The notes under the pieces are model-generated. The model saw only the letters and a program-made list of their open reading frames with translations, searched no databases and was not told the DNA's origin. A DNA stretch of 64,000 nt from a virus: positions 64,030 through 128,029 of IMG/VR virus record IMGVR_UViG_3300025652_000032; one strand, given 5' to 3'. This document shows positions 20,913-30,354 of the stretch, in pieces. The first letter of the stretch is position 1. Each line of letters starts with the position of its first letter. Position numbers and translations under genes: made by a program.

Positions 20913-23900
20913 ATCATTGCCACCACTCGAAGATCCTTGATCTGTGGGACAAGACTGCTGTCGGCAGAGAACATCAATACCTTAACTTGTAAAGTGGTGA
21001 ACGACTCTGGAGTTCTTCCTAATTTGAAACTGGTTTCTGCGAACTCAAACGGATTGTCTGTTTCTAATACAGGTTCTACTTGCTCAAGTCTATAGAATGG
21101 TTCTTCTTCGATTTCTTTATATGTCGAGGGAGGAAGAGTCCTACAGTAAACTTCAATTGATGTTCCAGTAGGTCGGTTCATATCCAACAACACACGAATA
21201 TCGTCACCAAACTCTTGGAGTTTGATTGATCGAGTTAGATACCTAGCAACCGCACCATCTGTTCTAATTGGATCATTATAGTCTGGGGTAGGAGATCCCG
21301 CGTTGTTAACTACATTCTCTACCGTGACAACGGAAAGATTCTTCGTGTCAATAACTGGAGTGATCGTTGTAGAAGATGGATTTGTAAATTCTACAGTGTG
21401 TGTCGTCTTCTCTTGTTCTGATGGTGTTGCAGAAATAACTTGGTTTGTTGAGAAGGTATAGTTTTGGTTTTGTGGTAACTGGAATATCGTTTGAGAAGTT
21501 CCGAAGTTTAATTTGTGAACAATTGATGTGCTTGGTAAAATTAATTCGTTAGAAAGAATCTTGGCAAGGTTTACATTTGTAGTAACTCCCGGATCTGTAA
21601 TATTAACTTGTAGATTTCCGGGTGCAGTGGTAAACAAACACCTTTTAATATCACACATAAAGACAGTACCCGAATCTTCCTCTGCGACATTCGTATTCTG
21701 TGGTAAAAAGATACTACCCACGTTTGGATGCTTAGTAATTACATTGCCAGTAAGTGAATCTTCTAATCCAACATTACCCGTGTATAATTTGTAGTCATCT
21801 GTATTAGAAATTACACTTAATGAGTAGTTACCCGGTTGAAGATATACTGGTGATGTAAACTTAAAATTAGTTGCTGTAGGAAGGTCTGTATTTGCAGTGA
21901 CTTCACTTGGGTATAAGGTAACTTCCGAGAACGGTATGATCGAAGATGCAGATGGATAACCACTCACCGTCGGCCGAATCTGAATTGTTACAGGAAGAGT
22001 TTCAGACTTTTGTGCAAAGTAAAGATCAATATCATTCAAGAATACGCCGTTAGCATGTGTATTGGATGACACCGAAAAGATTTGCGATAGAGGATCTACC
22101 CATTGAGTTTCAAGTGAAAGATTCAATGAGTCCTCTCTAGTGTATACGTCCCGAACAATTTTCTCGCTTGTTACCGTTTGTCGTCGAAGTACGAGAGGAC
22201 GAGTAGAACTGAATGTAGTATCATTCGTATTCTGGACACCTTGTGCATAGAAGATTCCTTCTGCTGAAGTTTCTGCATCGGCGGCAGTATTTGTTGATGA
22301 GTCTGTTAGTCTAAAGACCTTCTCACCAGTCAGATACTTTTTCGCTGGAATAGAAAATTTCAGGTTAGAGATTCGACCAAAAGAATCTGTTTGGATCACA
22401 TCACCCAGAGAACCACCATCGGGTGTACAGAATTGACCAACATCATCTCCATCAAAGAATGGTACTACGATAGTGTTTGGTTTTAAGTTTTCTGATTTGA
22501 TAGTCACAGTTTGTGATCTGATGAATGGAACAACACTCACATCAATGACCTTATCATTGACTCTCTTCTTTAGAGTATCGGGAACATTACCTAGTCTAAT
22601 GTTCAGTCTAGATTTTCTCTGATCAATTGTGTTTGCAACATTTGATACAGAAGATACATTTTTCTCGATTCGTGATGCAATAAAGATGTCGGAGTTCTGG
22701 ACTCTTGCTTGTTCGAGGAATCTTTCACCAACGACATTCTGAAGATTATCTTCGATGTTTTCGATTCCGGACCAAATACTAGACCATTCGTTCCATTGGG
22801 TTCCGAACCCTCTGTTATCATTGAAGTTGTTTACCTTCCAGTTGTCATTAGAACCAAGATCATTGATCTTGACTACAGGACGAACCGAAGTAGCAAACCA
22901 CTGATCTGACGGGGGATCTAATTCTAATCGACCAATCCAGTTTATCAAATCAAACGGGTTGACGGAAACTGAACCGTTACTAAGAGGTTGTGAAACCAAA
23001 GACTGAGTTCCGGTGATCTTTGAGTGAATGAGTCCATCCGATGATGCTTCTAGGTTATCACCAATCACAAGTGTAGTTGTATCTAATGCGTGACTTGTTT
23101 CATTAAACGGAGGCCTAAGTGTTGAGTTTTCATAATCGATAGAACATGCATAGTTAGAGTTTGATACATCACCCAATCCGTGTCCTGCAAAAGTATCAAC
23201 AACGATTCCGACTTTACTTCCGACACCACCACCGTTACTCTTTTCAATGTCCATCGCTTCAATTTCATTTTCAATAAGAGATAGTTTGGTGTACAGTTCA
23301 AGATCATCGACTCTCTTTTCGACCCTACCAATGTCTGACATTGTGTATCGATTGTTTTCGATGTACTTAACTGCAACATCAGATGCATTGTGTGTGTATG
23401 GTGGTAGAGCAACAGTATACAGAGTCATAGAATCTGGTCTATCTGCCGGTGCTACTGGTTTGAGATCAGGAACACCTTCGATAACCTCAAAATTGATGTC
23501 ATCACCAAATGATTGTCTTGCTACGATCTTATCAATTCTAGATTCGTAGTATGTGTGTGATTGTTCGATACTGATAATATTGTCAGATGGAATTACATGT
23601 CCACGAATTTCTTCGCCAACAGGTCCACTGTGTCTGAAGTCGATACAACTTGCTAGTGAAGTTGTTTTACCTAAACTTGAACTTGCAAACAATGGGATGT
23701 TGTCATATGTAATTCCTGCGTATGACTCGACTGTAAATGGTCCAATTGATCCGCTATGTTCGAAGTAATCATATGTCACCCCGAATGGAGTATCTAATGT
23801 TGATGAACCCGTTTCTGGATCTGTTGTGACATATTTACTAAACTTCTCTGGTTTGATATATAATCTTCCGTTGAGGTATCGCGTATCTCGTTGCCCATCA

Positions 23901-26131
23901 TCGAACAAGAAGTCACCCGGTTCACCACCACTAATTTCTGTCATCTGATAAGCATCAAACTTATCAAGATTGAAGTACCAGACAGGTTCTTGATCTGGTC
24001 GACCGTCGTTTTCGTTTAAAAGATTTGTTGTAGTAAATTCCTGATGGTTTTTTGTCAGGGTTTTACTTCTGATTGTGGGTGCAGTGATGACTGCATCCGA
24101 TGCTCCCTTATCTTGTGCAACAATTGGGGCAACTAGAATATATTCGTTTCCTTCTTCCGCGCCTGGTATAGTAACTGTCAAAGTTTTGCCATCAGGTGAT
24201 CGTGTATATACTGGTGCTTGAGAATTGTTGTTATAGTAAGTATCCACTACCTGTAGTGATGCCTCACCTTCCGGAATTGCGAATAGAACATAATCATTCT
24301 CGTTTGTAATAATTTCATCACCAGACTCATTGAAGAATTGGTGAACTCCAGTAGGATCTGTTGCGACACTAAGATTCCAAATTGCGACACCAGAACTATC
24401 GACAACAATCTTGTTAAATCTTTTGTACACATATCGAAGTTGATCTATTGACTTGACAATTTTTCCTTGGGGAACTTCAAATACGAGACCAGAGTTTGGA
24501 ATATCCCGCAGTGTTTGATTTGCATTGCTTGTATTACTAAGATCCGGAATCAATCGAAGAACAGGATTATCATCTGTTCCAATATTGTCGCTACTTTGAA
24601 CAGAAAGCGGTGTCATGTAAGTTGCAGTTCCAATGTTACCCAGTCCCTCGAAAGAATCGACGTATAATCTATAAATGTAATTTGGATCTACAGATCCACC
24701 TCGATTATTTTGTGGTAGGTTAATAGAGTTAAGGATCTCTGGATCATGCTCTCTTTCAAAATTATGAATCGTGGCGGTTCCAAGTGGAGCGCCATTGTTA
24801 TCCCAGAGTCGAACCGAAACTGCGCCAGTTATGATGTTGTTTCCTGCTTCACTAATCAGACTGTTAAAGAATCCTCTATCACCCGACCAATCATTAGAAC
24901 CTGTGTCTGGTGAGGGTGATGCACCATTCTCATCAATTTCAACACCAACATAGAAGTTTCCAACTTTTGCACCCGGCAGTTTTGTTAAAGTTGAACTTGC
25001 AGTTGTTCGTGCTTTATTAATGTTAATGAACTGAGGTGATTGGGTTTCGTATTCGTATCCGTAGAGATATGCCTTGCCTGGTTGTAATACAGAAACAAGT
25101 TTGGTGGAGTCACCACCTCGATCTGATGTGTATACACCACGGTTAGTTCCGCTATTCAGGTGTTCTCGTAAATCAATCTCAAATGGTCGTACAGTATATG
25201 ATCCAGACTCATCGTATGTTCGTCTTGCGAGAGTCTTCTCCAACTCTGCATAGTCTGTATATAAAGTCTTGAAGATTACACTACCTTCATCGAAACGAAC
25301 AAGTTCGATAAAGTTCTTTGTAGTTGCAATGTTAGACACGAAACCGAGATTCAAATCAATCTTGTATCGATCTGCACCCGGAGCGTTGTAGTTGTATGAT
25401 CCAGAAGCAGGATCTCTTAATGTGGCATCATCCCCTTCTGTTGCAACACTTCTACGAACACTGAATCCAACACTTCCGCTTGGTTGATCGAAGAATCTAA
25501 CTCCATCACCAGTGAAACCATAAATGGAGGATGATTGCTTGTCTGTCTTCACAAAGAAACCATCAGTGTAGAAAATACCGGGACTCGTTGTGATTACCTT
25601 AGATCTTCCCTGAACACCATTAACCACAGTCGCGTCGGTCGATTCGGTAGCAAGAGATGCAATTTCTCCTGCTGCTGTTCCTCCTGTATATGAAGAAGCA
25701 AACGTACCACCGGGTTGGAAGGTATTTCCTTGGAGGAAGTTGACATACAGAAGATCGTAGTTATCAACTGTGGATGTCGCAGTCCGTTCAAAGTGAACTA
25801 CTCTGGCACTAACATTTTCTGTTGTACCACCGTCAGTCTTGATCTGACTGATATCATATCCACCAATTTGATCTAGACTGGCACCCTTAACGACTCGGAT
25901 ATAAGAGCAGTTCTGTACGGACTGATCACCACCGATGATCTTTGCTCCATCTTCGAAGATGTGATCACCCATTCTAGAAACTTGGTTCTGGAGGATGCTC
26001 TGGAGTTGGGTTAGTTCTCTTGCTTGAACTGCATATCCAGGTCTAAAGAGGACTCTAAGAAACTTCTTGTCTTCGTCGTAGTCGTCATAGTATGGATCTA
26101 TGTTCAGTAATGTCGGATCGTATGATGCCAT
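20909..26131 (-). CDS. Large virion structural protein (VrlC-like/DUF4815)
   Basis: 1740 aa; PYYDDYDEDKKFLRVLFRPGYAVQARELTQLQSILQNQ, NYNAPGADRYKI, LARRTYDESGSY, GIVVDTF and DPLSQIF motifs. Confidence 0.85.
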   Translation of the reverse strand: MASYDPTLLNIDPYYDDYDEDKKFLRVLFRPGYAVQARELTQLQSILQNQVSRMGDHIFEDGAKIIGGDQSVQNCSYIRVVKGASLDQIGGYDISQIKTDGGTTENVSARVVHFERTATSTVDNYDLLYVNFLQGNTFQPGGTFASSYTGGTAAGEIASLATESTDATVVNGVQGRSKVITTSPGIFYTDGFFVKTDKQSSSIYGFTGDGVRFFDQPSGSVGFSVRRSVATEGDDATLRDPASGSYNYNAPGADRYKIDLNLGFVSNIATTKNFIELVRFDEGSVIFKTLYTDYAELEKTLARRTYDESGSYTVRPFEIDLREHLNSGTNRGVYTSDRGGDSTKLVSVLQPGKAYLYGYEYETQSPQFININKARTTASSTLTKLPGAKVGNFYVGVEIDENGASPSPDTGSNDWSGDRGFFNSLISEAGNNIITGAVSVRLWDNNGAPLGTATIHNFEREHDPEILNSINLPQNNRGGSVDPNYIYRLYVDSFEGLGNIGTATYMTPLSVQSSDNIGTDDNPVLRLIPDLSNTSNANQTLRDIPNSGLVFEVPQGKIVKSIDQLRYVYKRFNKIVVDSSGVAIWNLSVATDPTGVHQFFNESGDEIITNENDYVLFAIPEGEASLQVVDTYYNNNSQAPVYTRSPDGKTLTVTIPGAEEGNEYILVAPIVAQDKGASDAVITAPTIRSKTLTKNHQEFTTTNLLNENDGRPDQEPVWYFNLDKFDAYQMTEISGGEPGDFLFDDGQRDTRYLNGRLYIKPEKFSKYVTTDPETGSSTLDTPFGVTYDYFEHSGSIGPFTVESYAGITYDNIPLFASSSLGKTTSLASCIDFRHSGPVGEEIRGHVIPSDNIISIEQSHTYYESRIDKIVARQSFGDDINFEVIEGVPDLKPVAPADRPDSMTLYTVALPPYTHNASDVAVKYIENNRYTMSDIGRVEKRVDDLELYTKLSLIENEIEAMDIEKSNGGGVGSKVGIVVDTFAGHGLGDVSNSNYACSIDYENSTLRPPFNETSHALDTTTLVIGDNLEASSDGLIHSKITGTQSLVSQPLSNGSVSVNPFDLINWIGRLELDPPSDQWFATSVRPVVKINDLGSNDNWKVNNFNDNRGFGTQWNEWSSIWSGIENIEDNLQNVVGERFLEQARVQNSDIFIASRIEKNVSSVSNVANTIDQRKSRLNIRLGNVPDTLKKRVNDKVIDVSVVPFIRSQTVTIKSENLKPNTIVVPFFDGDDVGQFCTPDGGSLGDVIQTDSFGRISNLKFSIPAKKYLTGEKVFRLTDSSTNTAADAETSAEGIFYAQGVQNTNDTTFSSTRPLVLRRQTVTSEKIVRDVYTREDSLNLSLETQWVDPLSQIFSVSSNTHANGVFLNDIDLYFAQKSETLPVTIQIRPTVSGYPSASSIIPFSEVTLYPSEVTANTDLPTATNFKFTSPVYLQPGNYSLSVISNTDDYKLYTGNVGLEDSLTGNVITKHPNVGSIFLPQNTNVAEEDSGTVFMCDIKRCLFTTAPGNLQVNITDPGVTTNVNLAKILSNELILPSTSIVHKLNFGTSQTIFQLPQNQNYTFSTNQVISATPSEQEKTTHTVEFTNPSSTTITPVIDTKNLSVVTVENVVNNAGSPTPDYNDPIRTDGAVARYLTRSIKLQEFGDDIRVLLDMNRPTGTSIEVYCRTLPPSTYKEIEEEPFYRLEQVEPVLETDNPFEFAETSFKLGRTPESFTTLQVKVLMFSADSSLVPQIKDLRVVAMI

Positions 26132-26144
26132 TTATTTGTCCACC

Positions 26145-28493
26145 TTAAAAACCAAGAATAATCTTGAAGTCTTCTGCTTGTTCGATATTGCGATCAATTT
26201 GTTTTATATTCTCTATGTATAATACATCACCAGATGATAGTTTCAATTCTGGTTCGGATACACTAGTAATCCACTTATTACTTGGAGCATTGGGGGTTCC
26301 ACCAGATAGTCCAAAACTGTCTGTGCCTTCTCCGCCTCTAAATGTTCCAATCACATTAGTCAGGATCAATTCACCTGTCGCACCGGATTCATACTTCCAT
26401 TCCACAACACTACCCTGTGCATAATTTGAAGTCTCTTTTGCTCCCTGCACTACTACATCATCTGAGGAGAATGCATTTTCTGTTAACTTAAATCCAGTGG
26501 CAGATGTTGCGTCTGCTCTACCCTGAACAATGACGTTGGTCGTAGTTCTGTATAGTTTGTTAAGAACAGTGGTTGATGTCTTATCATCAACCGAAACTAT
26601 TCTGGCAATATCTTGCTCACCTGAAATTGTCTGGAACGAGATAGTATCTGTAGTTGTACCTTGCACAAACGTCTTTATCAGTTCCCCGCCCTTTGCTTCT
26701 ACTCTCGAAATGTTTGGGTAGAATGCATCACTGCTGGTGCCACGAACTTCTGCTGCGAGAGTTGATCCAGAAAAAGATCCAATGATGGGATCTACCAAAA
26801 GTTCTTGTCGAACATTATCCCAATCGACTACCGTACCTTCAGCAGTTCCTGTTCCAATTCCTGTATATTGAGTTACTCGTTCTCCCAAATCAAATTCATC
26901 TACATTGTCACTTGTAACACCAAACACAATTCGTTTAGTGTTATTATTTAAATCTTGCGTCTTAAACACACCATTCGGATCTTCTACTAGAATATCAACG
27001 TATTCCGAATTTCTAGAATGGAATGATTCAATTTTGGCAGTTGCTTTACTCTCAACACCCATGATATACTTACCATCGAGAAACGTACCAGATCCAAATG
27101 TATAATCATAATTACCATTAATAAATACTGGTTTTCGTAAAACAAGTTGGGTCAATTGAGCGAGTTCGCTACCTGCAATTCTTTCTGTTCCATCATTCAG
27201 CAATGGATTTTTTATGATACCAAACTGTCTGAAATCATTCTTAGTAGAAATCGATTCGTTTTCATCACGACTAATTTTTATATTGATCATCGTCCTCGAT
27301 GCTTCTAGATCTTCTACAATATGACCAGCATGTCCCTTCTTTGGACTGATGATCGGTCGCCATGAATCGGCAGTTCCTGATGTTGGTATCGTAAGAATAT
27401 CAACAAGTGCTGTGCTGTAGTCTTTGCCCTGTGTAATCGGAACAATGTCAGAAACCCTGTTCGATGTATTAAGTTTAGTTCTTACTGTACATTCAGAACC
27501 ATTGCCCGTTACAACTGCGTGTGGTATAATGATGTATGATGATGGTTTCTTTTCTGAGTCCAGATTACCTAATGTTTCGTCTGGATACAGTTCAAAGTCG
27601 AACGGTTGATCAACGACAACATATGGATCAGAGTTAAATTTAGCATTATTGTCACCATCTTGGTATACATAATTCGATATTCGTCTATACTGCCCGACTT
27701 CTGGACCTCTACCATCTACAATGTAGATCGCATAACCAGAGTAGTATGAACTGATTTCATTCGGAGAAGAGTCTCTGTCTAGATATACACGATTCAAGTC
27801 TCCAGTATTTCCATGCTGACAAGATCGCCGTGTTCCCTCAGAGAACCCAGCGGAGTAAACGGCACTACCTGTGATATCTCTCTTGAAGTATTCGATTGCC
27901 CCCGGTACTGCTTTTTGCTGTGCTTCATATTGGTGGATACTATTCGTATTAGTTATGTCTGTGACTACACGAACCGGCATATAATCATCAGTCATGAACG
28001 GTCTGATGTCCTCGGTTACTTTACCCAAGAACTTCCACTTATATCCATCATCACCAACTAGTGTAACATCAGTCCCAGTAAATTCTGGTTTAATTGTGGA
28101 TGCACCACCATTATTGTTGTCAATGACTTTGTAGATTTTAGATTCATCGACGAGTGCGTAGAAACTATTTCCAACTACACCAGTTGATGGCAGATCGAAT
28201 AAAGACAACGTATCGTCGTATACATCAAATGTCGTTCCCGACACCCAATTTTTTCTGGGTACAATATGAATAGCGTTATTCTTATCAATACGTTTTGCTG
28301 CAATTGCAGTTCTGAACGCATCGTTTTGTGCATCGGCCGAACTAGTAACGCCTGGCGCCACTGACTCATTCGGCCATTCATCCACATTACCAATGAACAA
28401 GTAATACTGATCTTCGCTAGACTTAGCAAAGTCATTGATCAATGAAGTCGCAAAATGACGACCAAAAGGTTTTTGAAAGTTTTCTGTTGCCAT
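26145..28493 (-). CDS. gp8: Baseplate wedge subunit (gp8-like, enlarged)
   Basis: YYLFIG...W, VPRKNWVSG..FDVY, YKVIDNN and DGYKWKFL motifs; follows gp6 and gp7. Start placed at ATG 28493, just after the gp7 stop (782 aa). Confidence 0.78.
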   Translation of the reverse strand: MATENFQKPFGRHFATSLINDFAKSSEDQYYLFIGNVDEWPNESVAPGVTSSADAQNDAFRTAIAAKRIDKNNAIHIVPRKNWVSGTTFDVYDDTLSLFDLPSTGVVGNSFYALVDESKIYKVIDNNNGGASTIKPEFTGTDVTLVGDDGYKWKFLGKVTEDIRPFMTDDYMPVRVVTDITNTNSIHQYEAQQKAVPGAIEYFKRDITGSAVYSAGFSEGTRRSCQHGNTGDLNRVYLDRDSSPNEISSYYSGYAIYIVDGRGPEVGQYRRISNYVYQDGDNNAKFNSDPYVVVDQPFDFELYPDETLGNLDSEKKPSSYIIIPHAVVTGNGSECTVRTKLNTSNRVSDIVPITQGKDYSTALVDILTIPTSGTADSWRPIISPKKGHAGHIVEDLEASRTMINIKISRDENESISTKNDFRQFGIIKNPLLNDGTERIAGSELAQLTQLVLRKPVFINGNYDYTFGSGTFLDGKYIMGVESKATAKIESFHSRNSEYVDILVEDPNGVFKTQDLNNNTKRIVFGVTSDNVDEFDLGERVTQYTGIGTGTAEGTVVDWDNVRQELLVDPIIGSFSGSTLAAEVRGTSSDAFYPNISRVEAKGGELIKTFVQGTTTDTISFQTISGEQDIARIVSVDDKTSTTVLNKLYRTTTNVIVQGRADATSATGFKLTENAFSSDDVVVQGAKETSNYAQGSVVEWKYESGATGELILTNVIGTFRGGEGTDSFGLSGGTPNAPSNKWITSVSEPELKLSSGDVLYIENIKQIDRNIEQAEDFKIILGF

Positions 28494-28494
28494 A

Positions 28495-30354
28495 CTAGTA
28501 TATATCTCCGCCGGTCGGTCCAACATTGTTGACATCGAGTAGCATAAAGTTATGCAGTGTTATTCCATCGAATGAAATACCAGCAGGTATTGTGGTTATA
28601 CCACGCACATTCGGATGGAAGTAGATCGAGAAATATGTAATACCCAAATACTTGGCAGCAGTATATCCACCATCAATCGGAGTTCCATATCCGTGAGTTG
28701 CTCCACTGCTACCAAGAGGTCGCTCTAGAGGATCGTGACTTGTAATTCCACCCTCTGGCATGGTTACAAAAGTAATTCCATGCACTCCCGGATTAAATAC
28801 ACTCCCATCCGGTCCTGTTGCTGCGAAGGGATTATATCCAAGCGGATACACATCTCCAGTGGCACCTCGGGTTGATTTATAAACAACCCCATTGTTTCTT
28901 AAGTTCAATGTCGTGCCAGGAGTGTATGGTGTGTAATGTCCAATGATTGGATACTCTTGGATCTTGCTTATGTTAAGATCTTGAGATTCGTTTCTTTGAA
29001 GAACACGGGTGAGAGCAATTTCACCAAACACTTTCATGCCTGCTGGGTGAATAAGTTTCTTGATGGTTTCTTTAAATTTGCTTAGTGTGACTTCTGATCT
29101 TAACACATATGAATGCACCTGATAATAATCATTATCCTGCATCACTTTATTAGAACTGACTTTACCTTTGTTCCCATCATAGTAACCCGGTTTTCGATTG
29201 ACTGCCTTTGGGATAAGAGATCCGTATGCAGAACCATCTCCGGTTTTACTTCTCACGGTAAATGGAACTGGTTCGCTGTAAAAAATACCACCATCCGTAA
29301 TGTGTATCTCTAAGATCTCGCCCTGTAATCCAACCTGAGAAACATATCCTGCCGCACCGGCGCCGGGTGTTCCCCAAATTTCACCGATGGGAATAGATGG
29401 GTCTTGTTCGTAAATACCGAATGAACAACAAGGCGCACAACCGAAATCGATCTGTGGATATACCAAGACATCATCACTTCCTGTTCTATACCGATTCAGT
29501 ACAATTGGATCGCCGATTCGGTAGTTGAATCCGGGACTGGTGATACGAACTTCGGATAAAATACCATATGTGTTTTCATAAACTTCGCCAGTCGTACCAC
29601 CGACATCGCAAAATGCAGGTCGGCCGGGGACAAATGTTCCATTGATTTCTTTGAGAGAAAACTCTGCTATAGAAGCACCACGAACACTGTATTGTATTGC
29701 AGAATCTACTGTGGCGTATGCCGTGATTGTCTTGTTATATGGATCTTTCTGTCTCAGTTTCTTATTAACAAAATTGAATATATCATTACCACAAAATGCT
29801 GATGTTTTAATTACATCTGGACTATTCCACCTACCATCAGATAGACGAAGCATGTCTTCTTCTGGATAATAGAATTCAAGAACACTGTTATAAATTATTC
29901 GGAACAAAAACTCAAACGCCTTTTCAGTTCCTTTGAGTTTGTAAAATTCTTTTATATTTTTTATTACGGATTGTACATTCAGTGGAGTTACACCGTCGTC
30001 TGCTATTGCTAGTTCTGTTGGGAAATTCAGAAGATATGTGTTTCTAAATTGCGACACAAAACTGTCGATCGTTGTATCTACATCCGACACACTAGTCAGT
30101 CTACTGACAGCACCGACAGAATTATCATTCTGTTCCACCCATTCATAATATGCTTCGAGAAACGAAACAAACATAGGGTAGTCAGAACGAACAAAATCTG
30201 GTAATTGGGATTCAATGAAGGGCGAGATACGAAAAAGAATCGACTCTTGTTCGGGAGTCAATTCAGCAAGAACCTGAGAGATATCCGATGGTTGAATATC
30301 AATGAAGGACTTTAACTTGAATAATAGGGGTAAACTATTATAGTCGTTAGACAT
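28495..30354 (-). CDS. gp7: Baseplate wedge initiator (gp7-like)
   Basis: 619 aa; IESQLPDFV..DYP.FV.FLEAYYEW, IKNIKEFYKLKGTEKAFEFLFR, QDNDYYQ.HSYVLRS and LIHPAGMKVFG motifs. Confidence 0.8.
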   Translation of the reverse strand: MSNDYNSLPLLFKLKSFIDIQPSDISQVLAELTPEQESILFRISPFIESQLPDFVRSDYPMFVSFLEAYYEWVEQNDNSVGAVSRLTSVSDVDTTIDSFVSQFRNTYLLNFPTELAIADDGVTPLNVQSVIKNIKEFYKLKGTEKAFEFLFRIIYNSVLEFYYPEEDMLRLSDGRWNSPDVIKTSAFCGNDIFNFVNKKLRQKDPYNKTITAYATVDSAIQYSVRGASIAEFSLKEINGTFVPGRPAFCDVGGTTGEVYENTYGILSEVRITSPGFNYRIGDPIVLNRYRTGSDDVLVYPQIDFGCAPCCSFGIYEQDPSIPIGEIWGTPGAGAAGYVSQVGLQGEILEIHITDGGIFYSEPVPFTVRSKTGDGSAYGSLIPKAVNRKPGYYDGNKGKVSSNKVMQDNDYYQVHSYVLRSEVTLSKFKETIKKLIHPAGMKVFGEIALTRVLQRNESQDLNISKIQEYPIIGHYTPYTPGTTLNLRNNGVVYKSTRGATGDVYPLGYNPFAATGPDGSVFNPGVHGITFVTMPEGGITSHDPLERPLGSSGATHGYGTPIDGGYTAAKYLGITYFSIYFHPNVRGITTIPAGISFDGITLHNFMLLDVNNVGPTGGDIY